Origin: an uncultured Candidatus Saccharibacteria bacterium
GTDB lineage: Bacteria > Patescibacteriota > Saccharimonadia > Saccharimonadales > Saccharimonadaceae
Direction: 5' to 3'
DNA length: 35,294 nucleotides
Assembly: GCA_963514175.1 (NCBI GenBank)
Contig: CAUPTC010000001.1
Coordinates: 1 to 35,294 of the forward strand
The notes under the pieces are model-generated. The model ran no database searches. It saw only the letters and a program-made list of their open reading frames with translations, and had not been told where the DNA came from. Below are positions 18,446-26,439 of this stretch, piece by piece (positions within the stretch are counted from its first letter, which is position 1; every line of letters begins with the position of its first letter). The translations under genes and the position numbers were made by a program.

Positions 18446-19746
18446 GACTTACGGATATTATTAAGCGAGCGAATCACAACCTATGGCGTAATCGTTCGAG
18501 AACTATCTTGACCACCCTGGCGATCACGGTCGGCTCGTTAACTATCATGTTGACCGTCGGCATCAATGCCGGAGTCAATGGCTATATCGACAAGCAGGTC
18601 GAGAGTACCGGTGGCAACGATATCATAGAGGTCATGCCGAAAGGTATAGCCGATCGGATGTCGAGCATGATGACACTGGGCGCAACCGAGGTGCAGGAAT
18701 ACCGAAGTAATCAGGGGCAGAGTCAGCAGGTATCACTGACCGATCGTGACTTAGCCGGGATCAAGCGTCTCGAGGGGGTCAAGCTGGCTAAGCTAAGTGA
18801 CCTCCTCTACTCGAGCTATATCACTCGTGACCGGGGCGAAGCCAAGAAGTACAAGCTGACGGTCGGACCGCTGGCGGCCAGCAGCATCAAGCTGGATCTG
18901 GCGGCCGGTCGCAGCGTCCGGATTGACGGCTCGGAGGCGGAGGCTATCTTGCCTGATCGCTATCTGGAGCCGCTTGGCTTTAGTTCCGCCAAGCAAGCGA
19001 TAGGACAGATGGTTCGAGTGGGCGTACCGCACCGGCTGGGTGATCAGATGGATGAAGTGAAGATCAGAATAGTCGGTGTACAAAATCAGAGCATAGTCGG
19101 CTTCGGTCGAGTGTTTCTGAACGATGCTGCAGGTCGATTGATCAGTAGTGCTTACCTGACCGGCATGCCCGAAGCCTTGCAGAGCCAGCATGGCTTGATC
19201 ATCATCCAGGTCAAGCCCGGCTACGAGTCGAAAGAAAAACTGGCTCAGATCAAGCAGGAGCTGACCAATATGGGCTACAGCAGCATCTCGGAGGATGATT
19301 ACATTTCGTCGATCAAGCTCTTCTTTAACGCCATCACGGTGATCTTGACTATCTTTGGGGTGATCGCCCTGATCACTGCTTCGATCGGTATAGTTAATAC
19401 CTTGCTGATGTCAGTGCAGGAGCGCACTCGTGAGATCGGCCTGATGAAAGCGATGGGGCTAAGCTCGGGGCGGATCTTTGCCTTATTTAGCCTGGAGGCG
19501 GTAAGCTTGGGCTTCTGGGGCGGGATGCTGGCGGCCGGTCTGGCGGTGGTGATCAAGCAGACAGTTAATCCGTGGGCAGGGCGTAACTTCCTGTCCGGCT
19601 TACCCGGCTTCAATCTGATTGAGCTCAATCCTCTCTATGTCGGGGTGATCGTAGCGATAGTCATGGTGGTGGCTTTCCTGGCCGGTACGTTGCCGGCTAA
19701 ACGGGCGACCAAGCAAGACCCCATTCAAGCGTTGCGCTACGAGTAG
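18442..19746 (+). CDS. MacB-like ABC transporter permease (extracytoplasmic core plus FtsX domain)
   Basis: RNRSRTILTTL, GIVNTLLMSVQERTREIGLMKAMG, C-terminal PAKRATKQDPIQALRYE; ATGA overlap. Confidence 0.93.
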   Translation: MRLTDIIKRANHNLWRNRSRTILTTLAITVGSLTIMLTVGINAGVNGYIDKQVESTGGNDIIEVMPKGIADRMSSMMTLGATEVQEYRSNQGQSQQVSLTDRDLAGIKRLEGVKLAKLSDLLYSSYITRDRGEAKKYKLTVGPLAASSIKLDLAAGRSVRIDGSEAEAILPDRYLEPLGFSSAKQAIGQMVRVGVPHRLGDQMDEVKIRIVGVQNQSIVGFGRVFLNDAAGRLISSAYLTGMPEALQSQHGLIIIQVKPGYESKEKLAQIKQELTNMGYSSISEDDYISSIKLFFNAITVILTIFGVIALITASIGIVNTLLMSVQERTREIGLMKAMGLSSGRIFALFSLEAVSLGFWGGMLAAGLAVVIKQTVNPWAGRNFLSGLPGFNLIELNPLYVGVIVAIVMVVAFLAGTLPAKRATKQDPIQALRYE

Positions 19747-19842
19747 CGGTGGCCGGGGTGGATTGCATGCTGGCGCTTATAGGTAAAAGCCGGCTTGATG
19801 TCTCTTCGGCTGAGGTGGTGGCTTCTCGCCTACCTTGGCTAT

Positions 19843-21621
19843 CTAGTCATCAGAGCGGAAGAGGTAGTGGAGATAATCTCGCATCATCCTGGCGCCACAA
19901 ATAGTGGTGAGGTAGCCGGCTAAGGTAGTGGCGACGGCGTCACTCCAGCGATCATCATGGCGACAGATATTGATGGCTTGGCGCAGGCGACTGTAGAGCG
20001 AGCTAACCTCCTCCTGATAGTCGTCACCGCTAACCAGCAGAGTGGTCGGTGGAGCAACATCGGCAACGCCACCGTCATTAGTGGTCACCAGCAATGCCAA
20101 GTTAGCTAGGTCTTTCATAAATGACGTGCCACAGGCCTCCAAGCCGACTACCGGCACATTGACTGAGATATCTGAGCCGAAGCTCATCGCTCTAGCCAGG
20201 TTCTCGTCATAGTCGGTGATGTAGTGAACTCGTCGCCTGAGGACCGGGTCGTCAGCGATGCACTGTAGCATACTCGCCAGCTTCCGGTAGGTAGAATCAT
20301 TGGCCGAGACATTGCCGGCGATCATCCCTGCCATAATGTAATGAGCGTTGTAACTAACTAAGATACCCTTGAGCTGCTCGATATCCTCGAAAGGCATCCA
20401 GGGGCGCTTGTATTCGACAAAACGGCGCTTGTACTCCAGTAGGATGGCGTCCTCAGGGATCTGGACTACAGCCCCGTACTGGTCTTGTCGATGAGCCAGT
20501 TCGCCATTGAGTTGAGCTCTACCCTGCTGCTTGAGCTGACGCAGCCGGCTAAGATTGGTTCGAAAGATCCGGCGAATCTGGTCAGCAGTTGCCGCCCCGG
20601 GCATGTTGAAACGGTCAATGATGCCGCTGTGCTTGTAGAAATCAAGCAGCTCCGGCTTAACCCAACTCTGCAGGTGGATACCATTAGTGATGGCACTGAA
20701 GTGGGTCTTCTCGCCCGACAGATCGTGATAATCAGCTACCTTGGCGTGGAGCTTGGAGACGCAGTTCTTCGCCTCGGCCAGCTCAATCGTCAGGCTGCTG
20801 AGCTGTAGATAGCCGTCTCGGAATAGACCACCGATGTAGTGGTCAACTGCCGGTGATTTGATATTGGGAAAGACGAAGCGGTCAAACTGCTCGTAGCTGA
20901 ACTGCGACTCGGCGGCTTGCACCAAGGTGTGATTAGTATAGAGGGTGTGCTTGCGAACGTAGACGATCGCCTCATACAGATTCATACCGTTACTACAGAG
21001 CTCATCCAGGCGAGCTACAGCGGCGAAGACGGTGGCAGTCTCGTTGAGCTGGATAACGGCGGGCTTAAGGTCAGCCATCTTGAGGGCGGCGTAGCCACCG
21101 AAGCCGAGCGATGTCATCTGATAGAGACGGTGGTCACTGGAGGGTGTATCGCAGTAGAGCGGCCCGAAGTTAGGCTCGGTCATGCAGAGGAAACGACTGC
21201 TGCCCAGCTGCTTCTGGTAGATATCAAGTGTAGCGTCAGGCTTGTCTTTGATATGAAGCACCACCTGCCCGATCGCCTGGAAACCTTCTGCCTCGGGGCT
21301 ACGGCTAACGTAGTCGTCATGTGGCTCAAGCTTCTCCAGGCGCTGGTGTCGCTCAGTCTGATAGAAGGGGGTTAAAGTGACGAAGGGTATCTCCAGGTCT
21401 TCTGCCACCCGACGAGTGTCGGCAGCCAGCACGCCCAACCCTCCTGCTCCACGGATACCATTAGCCTGGTCGTAGACCTCCATGGTGGTGTAGACATATG
21501 GTCGCACGGGGCTGATCTTGTGGATCAGGTTGCGACGGTCGATCGTCTGGTAAAACTCAGCGACATCTTCAATTTTAGCTTGGGAAGCCCGCTGCTTCCC
21601 TTTCAGTACTTGCCCACTCAT
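19843..21621 (-). CDS. glgP: Alpha-glucan (glycogen/starch) phosphorylase, compact GT35 form
   Basis: GGLGVLAAD, YTNHT, ITNGIH, RRFVEYKR and the PLP-lysine motif EACGTSFMK. Confidence 0.88.
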   Translation of the reverse strand: MSGQVLKGKQRASQAKIEDVAEFYQTIDRRNLIHKISPVRPYVYTTMEVYDQANGIRGAGGLGVLAADTRRVAEDLEIPFVTLTPFYQTERHQRLEKLEPHDDYVSRSPEAEGFQAIGQVVLHIKDKPDATLDIYQKQLGSSRFLCMTEPNFGPLYCDTPSSDHRLYQMTSLGFGGYAALKMADLKPAVIQLNETATVFAAVARLDELCSNGMNLYEAIVYVRKHTLYTNHTLVQAAESQFSYEQFDRFVFPNIKSPAVDHYIGGLFRDGYLQLSSLTIELAEAKNCVSKLHAKVADYHDLSGEKTHFSAITNGIHLQSWVKPELLDFYKHSGIIDRFNMPGAATADQIRRIFRTNLSRLRQLKQQGRAQLNGELAHRQDQYGAVVQIPEDAILLEYKRRFVEYKRPWMPFEDIEQLKGILVSYNAHYIMAGMIAGNVSANDSTYRKLASMLQCIADDPVLRRRVHYITDYDENLARAMSFGSDISVNVPVVGLEACGTSFMKDLANLALLVTTNDGGVADVAPPTTLLVSGDDYQEEVSSLYSRLRQAINICRHDDRWSDAVATTLAGYLTTICGARMMRDYLHYLFRSDD

Positions 21622-21682
21622 AACTAACCTTATTGTATCAGACTAACACTGCTTATGCTAATGCCGGTGCATCAGAGCAAGA

Positions 21683-22939
21683 TTAGGCGCCTAGCGCTCT
21701 AATGGGGATGATGTTGATGCCGTAGGGACGGGTATAGGCATAGCCCGAGCCGACGATGACGTTGCGAGAGACGATTCGGCGACCTTTAGCTTCGATGACG
21801 TTACTGGTGAAAGCTGTCAGCGACTTGACTCCGTCGTCAATATAACCCTCCCCCAGCTTGATCTCAAAGACGGCGCAATCACCGTTGGGTTTCTGTACGA
21901 TGGCATCTGCTTCCAGGCCTAGCGAGTCACGATAATAGTAAACCTCGGCGTCAAGCCGGCTAGCGTACACTCGTAGATCGTGAATGACTTGAGACTCAAA
22001 GACGAAGCCGGCGTAGTTAAGGTCGTTCAGCAGTGCTGCTGAGTCCAAGCCCAGGCTGGCGATAGCTAATGAAGTGTCGGCGAAGTGCCATTTAGGGACT
22101 TTGCGAAGCTTGGCGGATGAGCGAATGTGAGTATTCCAGGCGGGCTGGTTCTCGATGATCATCAGGCGGTCAAGTGTCTCAAGGTAGTCCGTGATGGTGG
22201 GTCGAGAAATATCTTCGTTGTCATTTTGCTTGATGTCCTTAGTGAGAGTGGCTACTTCGGCAACTGTCGAGACATTACGAGCCAGAGACTGTAATAACGA
22301 TCTCACTCTGACCGGGTCACGTTTTACTCCGGAGACTCGACTCATATCTACTTCGGCGAGAAGCTTGACATAAGAGGCGTTGATTTGACGAGCGCCGGCC
22401 TCATCCGTGTCGATTAGCCCGGGCCAACCACCGATGACCAGCCAGCTAATCAGGTCATGAATATTCGTCCGATATTCTCGACTAGTGATCGGTCGCCCGT
22501 CAAATAGCCTAGCCAATGATACATATCCGTCGCAGTGACCCAGCTCCTGCCAGGACATGGTGCGCATTTTGAGCTCGATGAAGCGACCGGCTCCGGAATG
22601 CATGCTGATATCTTCGGTAGGGTTGGCTGACCCGGTCAGGATAAATTGACCTCGGTCACTCCGCTCATCGACCGCATGTCGGACGTAGTTCCAGAGCCGT
22701 GGCTGGACTTGCCATTCGTCAATCAGCCTCGGTGTATTGCCGGATAGTAGAATATCGGGGTCAATATTCATGATATTCGGCACCTGGGGGTCACGATCGA
22801 CTTGTAAAACACTGGCGGCCTGTTGCTTGGCCGTCTCAGACTTACCGCAAGCCTTCGGTCCACGGATTAGCACGGCACCGGCTATCTTGAGAGCATTAGC
22901 CAGCTCTTGGTCAATCAGACGAGGAATATATCTCTTCAT
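21683..22939 (-). CDS. AAA_14 ATPase with DUF4143 and C-terminal PD-(D/E)XK-like domain
   Basis: GPKACGKS, LIDEWQ, FILTGSA, GGWP, PKWHFADTSL, FESQVI, YYRD..GLEADAI..FEIKLG. Confidence 0.9.
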   Translation of the reverse strand: MKRYIPRLIDQELANALKIAGAVLIRGPKACGKSETAKQQAASVLQVDRDPQVPNIMNIDPDILLSGNTPRLIDEWQVQPRLWNYVRHAVDERSDRGQFILTGSANPTEDISMHSGAGRFIELKMRTMSWQELGHCDGYVSLARLFDGRPITSREYRTNIHDLISWLVIGGWPGLIDTDEAGARQINASYVKLLAEVDMSRVSGVKRDPVRVRSLLQSLARNVSTVAEVATLTKDIKQNDNEDISRPTITDYLETLDRLMIIENQPAWNTHIRSSAKLRKVPKWHFADTSLAIASLGLDSAALLNDLNYAGFVFESQVIHDLRVYASRLDAEVYYYRDSLGLEADAIVQKPNGDCAVFEIKLGEGYIDDGVKSLTAFTSNVIEAKGRRIVSRNVIVGSGYAYTRPYGINIIPIRALGA

Positions 22940-22961
22940 TAGGACTATTTAAGCATATGAC

Positions 22962-23020
22962 TTTACATTTTTCCACTGATTTATTTTACATATTTCCGGC
23001 ATTTCAGTTTACAATTTTCT
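22962..23020. repeat. Three direct repeats TTTACA-w-w-TTTC-y with an exact 23-bp period
   Basis: TTTACATTTTTCC at 22962, TTTACATATTTCC at 22985, TTTACAATTTTCT at 23008. Confidence 0.8.
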
Positions 23021-23036
23021 AATGCTTATGCTTAGT

Positions 23037-25085
23037 CTAGTGAGAATGAGCACCGGCTAGCTTGGCCGAATCGGGTCGGTGCTTGGCTCGGTATGACATG
23101 GCGAAGGCCAGTAAAGATAGGCTGATCACCAAGGTGGCGGTCATGTAGATGTACGAGACGGTAACTGACGACTCGGTGATACCGCCGGCGATGGCGGAGC
23201 GAATGGTGGTCAGCGAGTATGCCATGGGGACTACTTGGTGAAGAGCTTGATATAGCCCCGGCGAGGTCTCGATCGGGAAAGTGCCGCCGGCTGAGCCGAG
23301 CGATAGAATCATGATCACCATACCGATGAAGCGTCCGATATTACCCATCGATATGGCGAGGAAGAGATTGAGGAACATCATGGCATTAGCATAGAGGATA
23401 AGGATAGCGTAGAAGCGGACGGGGTTAGTCAAGTGAAAGCCGACTCCCTGCATGATCACTCCCATGATCAGTGCCATAGCGGTGGCAACGCCGGCACCGA
23501 TGGTGACCTTGCTGAGATACCAGCCTCGCCAACTACCCTGCCGGTCAGCTTTACGCTCTACCGGGTAGATTGAGCAGAAGACCAAACAACCGACGAAGAT
23601 AGCGACCGAGAAGAAGTACGGCGCCAGGCCGTGGGCGTAGTTAGGAACCTGACTCCGACGCTGATGCTCCAGGGAGACCGGCTGACTAATCTGGCGAGCG
23701 GTTTTACCGGATAGCGGTGTCTTGGCGACGGTGTCGGCGCCGGATTGTAGCTTAGCCCGGAGCAGTTCGCTGCTGTCGACTAATTGATTCGCCCCGTTTG
23801 CCAGCTGATTTACGCCGCTCTTGAGCGTCGGTATGTTGGCGTCCAGTCGGGTAATGCTGCTATTTAGCTGGCTCGCCCCATTCGCCAGCTGGTGAAGTTT
23901 TGCCCTGGTCAAGGGGCTATTGAGCTGATCACTAGTCCGGTGGAGCTGACTTGCCAAGCGGTTGGTGCCGTCGGCTAGTTGGTTAGCACCTTGGGCTAGC
24001 CGGTCAAGTCCATTAGTCAGTTTAGTGAAATGGTTGGTAGCGGTTTGAACATCCGGCAATTGAGCCAGGCTAGCTTGGAGCTTGGTCAAGTCTAGCTGCG
24101 CTAAGGCTTTGGCGGACCGGGTGAACTGAGGGTTGCTACCACTCTGCGCCTTCCTGGCTATGGCTAACCGGATATCGGGGTCGCTTAGGACGGTGCCGAT
24201 ATGACCAAGGCTGCTGCCGGCGGTCGTCTTGAGCTGATCCAGCCCGGTGAGGCTGCTACCTAGTCCGTTTAGTTCCGCCTTGGTCTGCTGATCGGCTAGC
24301 TGAAGAGACTTGGCGAGGCTGCTGGCGCCGTTATTCAGCTGATCAAGCTGAGGCAAAGATGCTTTCATACCTGTGCCTAGGTCTAAAGTCTGATTAGCCA
24401 ACCGGTCTACTCCATTAGCTAGATCGGCCGAGCCGCTAGCCAGCTGATGAGAGCCTTTAGCAAGGGTGTCAGTGCCATTAGACAGTCGGACTAGCCCATC
24501 CGACAGCTTGTCTGCCCCGCTGCTCAGCTCGCCTGCCCCGGCGGAAGCGGTCTGAAGCCCTTGTCCGGATTGCTTGATAATATCTATCAGAGCGTTGGCA
24601 TAGGTAGTGGTAATCTCGGCGGAGATCTGCGACTTGATCCGGCTGACTGCCGTACTCGCTACCGTCTCGATCGGGTAATTAAGCGAAGCGTTAGTCTGAT
24701 AACGGAGCTTTAATTGCTGCGGGTCAAGCTGAGTAACGGTCGTGGCGTTATGGGAAAAGTCGGTCGGGATGGTCACCGACAGGTAGTATTTATTATCCTT
24801 CATCCCCTGCTTTGCCTCGTCCTCGTCAACGAACTGCCAGTCGAAGGTGTGGTTACGGTGCAGGCTATCGACCACCTTTTGCCCCAGGTTCATCGTCTTG
24901 CCTTGGTACGACACCGGCCGGTCTTGATTGACTACGGCAACCTTGAGCTGATCCAAGTGGCTATATGGATCCCAGATGCCTTTCAGGAAAACTACGGCAT
25001 ACAGCACCGGGATACAACAAATAGCGATGGTGGTGACCAGCAACATCTTGCTCTGTCGGATGTTCTTGAACTCTGCCTTAATCAT
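23037..25085 (-). CDS. YhgE/Pip family membrane protein
   Basis: WDPY..LKVAVVNQD N-terminal YhgE motif, x-x-x-L-x-x-G heptad repeats, VPNYAHGLAPYF, SAGGTFPIE, C-terminal TMs; start at ATG 25085 after SD AAGGAGGT. Confidence 0.92.
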   Translation of the reverse strand: MIKAEFKNIRQSKMLLVTTIAICCIPVLYAVVFLKGIWDPYSHLDQLKVAVVNQDRPVSYQGKTMNLGQKVVDSLHRNHTFDWQFVDEDEAKQGMKDNKYYLSVTIPTDFSHNATTVTQLDPQQLKLRYQTNASLNYPIETVASTAVSRIKSQISAEITTTYANALIDIIKQSGQGLQTASAGAGELSSGADKLSDGLVRLSNGTDTLAKGSHQLASGSADLANGVDRLANQTLDLGTGMKASLPQLDQLNNGASSLAKSLQLADQQTKAELNGLGSSLTGLDQLKTTAGSSLGHIGTVLSDPDIRLAIARKAQSGSNPQFTRSAKALAQLDLTKLQASLAQLPDVQTATNHFTKLTNGLDRLAQGANQLADGTNRLASQLHRTSDQLNSPLTRAKLHQLANGASQLNSSITRLDANIPTLKSGVNQLANGANQLVDSSELLRAKLQSGADTVAKTPLSGKTARQISQPVSLEHQRRSQVPNYAHGLAPYFFSVAIFVGCLVFCSIYPVERKADRQGSWRGWYLSKVTIGAGVATAMALIMGVIMQGVGFHLTNPVRFYAILILYANAMMFLNLFLAISMGNIGRFIGMVIMILSLGSAGGTFPIETSPGLYQALHQVVPMAYSLTTIRSAIAGGITESSVTVSYIYMTATLVISLSLLAFAMSYRAKHRPDSAKLAGAHSH

Positions 25086-25617
25086 CTGTGACCTCCTTTT
25101 GGTTAATGGTGAAGATAGCATTGGTCTCGACGCCGGGGTCGTTCCAGTCCAGCTGAGGCAAATGGCGATGTGACGAAATAACTCGGTCGATGATATCGCC
25201 GATATTTACTTCGCTCAGCACCTGTCGCCAGACGGCATCAGCGGTCATGAAGATACGGTGTACCGCCTGGTCGGCTGTAGTTATGGCTTGGTGAGCGTTG
25301 GTGTCGGTTTGGCTGGCAAAGATAGCGCTAAAGAGCCCCGTACTGGGAAAGCTGTCTACCCTGCCCTCCAGCGCTTCGACCACCTCCAGGATGGAGATCT
25401 GCCCGACGGGACGAGCCAGAGTGAACCCACCACTATTCCCCGGCACTGATTTGACGATACCGGCGACGACCAGCTTGCGCAGTAACTTCTGGCTATAAGT
25501 CATAGACGTCGGCAGGCGTCGCTGTAGAGTGCGAGATGAGACGGGAATAGCCTTAGCCTGAGTGGCGAGGATTGCCATCAGACAGACTCCCTGCTCAAAG
25601 CTCTTAGTTAGCTTCAT
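25078..25617 (-). CDS. Rrf2 family transcriptional regulator
   Basis: YSQKLLRKLVVAGIVKSVPGNSGGFTLARP..ISILEVVEALEG winged-helix signature; SD GGGAGG. Confidence 0.92.
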   Translation of the reverse strand: MKLTKSFEQGVCLMAILATQAKAIPVSSRTLQRRLPTSMTYSQKLLRKLVVAGIVKSVPGNSGGFTLARPVGQISILEVVEALEGRVDSFPSTGLFSAIFASQTDTNAHQAITTADQAVHRIFMTADAVWRQVLSEVNIGDIIDRVISSHRHLPQLDWNDPGVETNAIFTINQKEVTDD

Positions 25618-25641
25618 GTGGCCTCCCTAGCTGATATCCAA

Positions 25642-25684
25642 TATCCATCGTGGATAAAATATATCTATAATGAAAAATAGTCAA
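25642..25684 (-). promoter_or_regulatory. Promoter and palindromic operator of the rrf2-yhgE operon
   Basis: Minus strand TTGACT (25684-25679), 17 nt, TATTTT. It overlaps the imperfect palindrome GTGGATA-aaata-TATCTAT (25650-25668) and adjoins TATCCA-tcg-TGGATA (25642-25656). Confidence 0.65.
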
Positions 25685-25737
25685 GGGTATGCTAACTATT
25701 ATTGATACATGTAGCCAACGTCAATGTAGGGAGCTAC

Positions 25738-25766
25738 TTGACAAAATAAGGATAGAGTGTTATAAA
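25738..25766 (+). promoter_or_regulatory. Near-consensus sigma70 promoter
   Basis: TTGACA (25738-25743), 17 nt ending in TGt, TATAAA (25761-25766). Confidence 0.8.
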
Positions 25767-25776
25767 TGAACACTAT

Positions 25777-26269
25777 CAGGTTGCATGCGAGAAAAGCTCG
25801 TATGACCTGCGTTCTTTGGAGGAAATATGTATGATATGGAAGAGTGTGTGTCGTTTAGAACGTTAAATATTGGCTACGAGCTCCAGGGAGCTCGTAGCCA
25901 GCTAGAGCAGGCGCTTGAAAGCGCCCGCTCGGTAGCAGGTGCTTGTCTCGAGGACTCGCTTGAGCGAGCCCTCGAGAGTATCGAGAAAGCAGAGCAACAT
26001 TGGTTTGCTCTGCAGAGAGAGACTCGGAGCAGCGGTGACAACCGTTGCTCCGAGATGAACGGCTCCTCCTCTAAAGAGGAGGAGCTAGTCCTTGTATCCC
26101 CTGTTCAGGGGGTACAAAGGGACGGTCACCTGATTCTAGGCGACCCCAAGCTCTTGAGAGCTGACACTCTCAAGAGCTAGCACTACCCCGGCAAGTCGGC
26201 GTATGTATTTTGTACGCCGGCTCGCCGGCATCTCTATCCACCCTCCACCCCCTACTTACGAGTAGGGGG
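25777..26269 (+). other. Array of 12 hairpins (structured mRNA or ncRNA candidate)
   Basis: Inverted repeats read directly at 25777-25809, 25871-25900, 25905-25930, 25946-25977, 25989-26013, 26023-26054, 26062-26085, 26088-26123, 26124-26145, 26149-26178, 26188-26228 and 26248-26269. Confidence 0.85.
25827..26180 (+). CDS. Hypothetical 117-aa protein encoded within the hairpin array
   Basis: SD GGAGGA (25818-25823) with its own promoter and terminator; N-terminal half looks like an amphipathic helix. No recognisable family, so the ORF may be secondary to the RNA structure. Confidence 0.5.
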   Translation: MYDMEECVSFRTLNIGYELQGARSQLEQALESARSVAGACLEDSLERALESIEKAEQHWFALQRETRSSGDNRCSEMNGSSSKEEELVLVSPVQGVQRDGHLILGDPKLLRADTLKS

Positions 26270-26282
26270 ATTTTCCTTTTTT
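26248..26282 (+). terminator. Intrinsic terminator
   Basis: CCCCCTACT-tacg-AGTAGGGGG followed by ATTTTCCTTTTTT. Confidence 0.8.
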
Positions 26283-26320
26283 ACCGACCTCGGAATGGTG
26301 TATAATCTTATTAGCTTTAC

Positions 26321-26395
26321 TGGGATGTCGCCAAGTGGTAAGGCATCAGGTTTTGGTCCTGACATTCGGGGGTTCGAATCCCTCCATCCCAACCA
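26321..26395 (+). tRNA. tRNA-Gln(UUG), CCA encoded
   Basis: Acceptor stem TGGGATG/CATCCCA, D arm GCCAAGTGGTAAGGC, anticodon stem TCAGG/CCTGA with loop TTTTGGT (anticodon TTG), T loop GGTTCGAATCC; TATAAT at 26301. Confidence 0.97.
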
Positions 26396-26439
26396 AAGCT
26401 TATTTTGTTGCCCCACTATGTAACTTTTAAGGAGAAGAT

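Noticed and set aside
23700..24560. Repetitive sequence inside yhgE
   Set aside because: Explained by the known x-x-x-L-x-x-G heptad repeats of YhgE/Pip proteins
25777..26269. Hairpin array as a CRISPR array, REP/BIME cluster or attC cassette array
   Set aside because: The stems share no common repeat sequence, there is no repeat-spacer periodicity, and no cas gene or integrase is nearby
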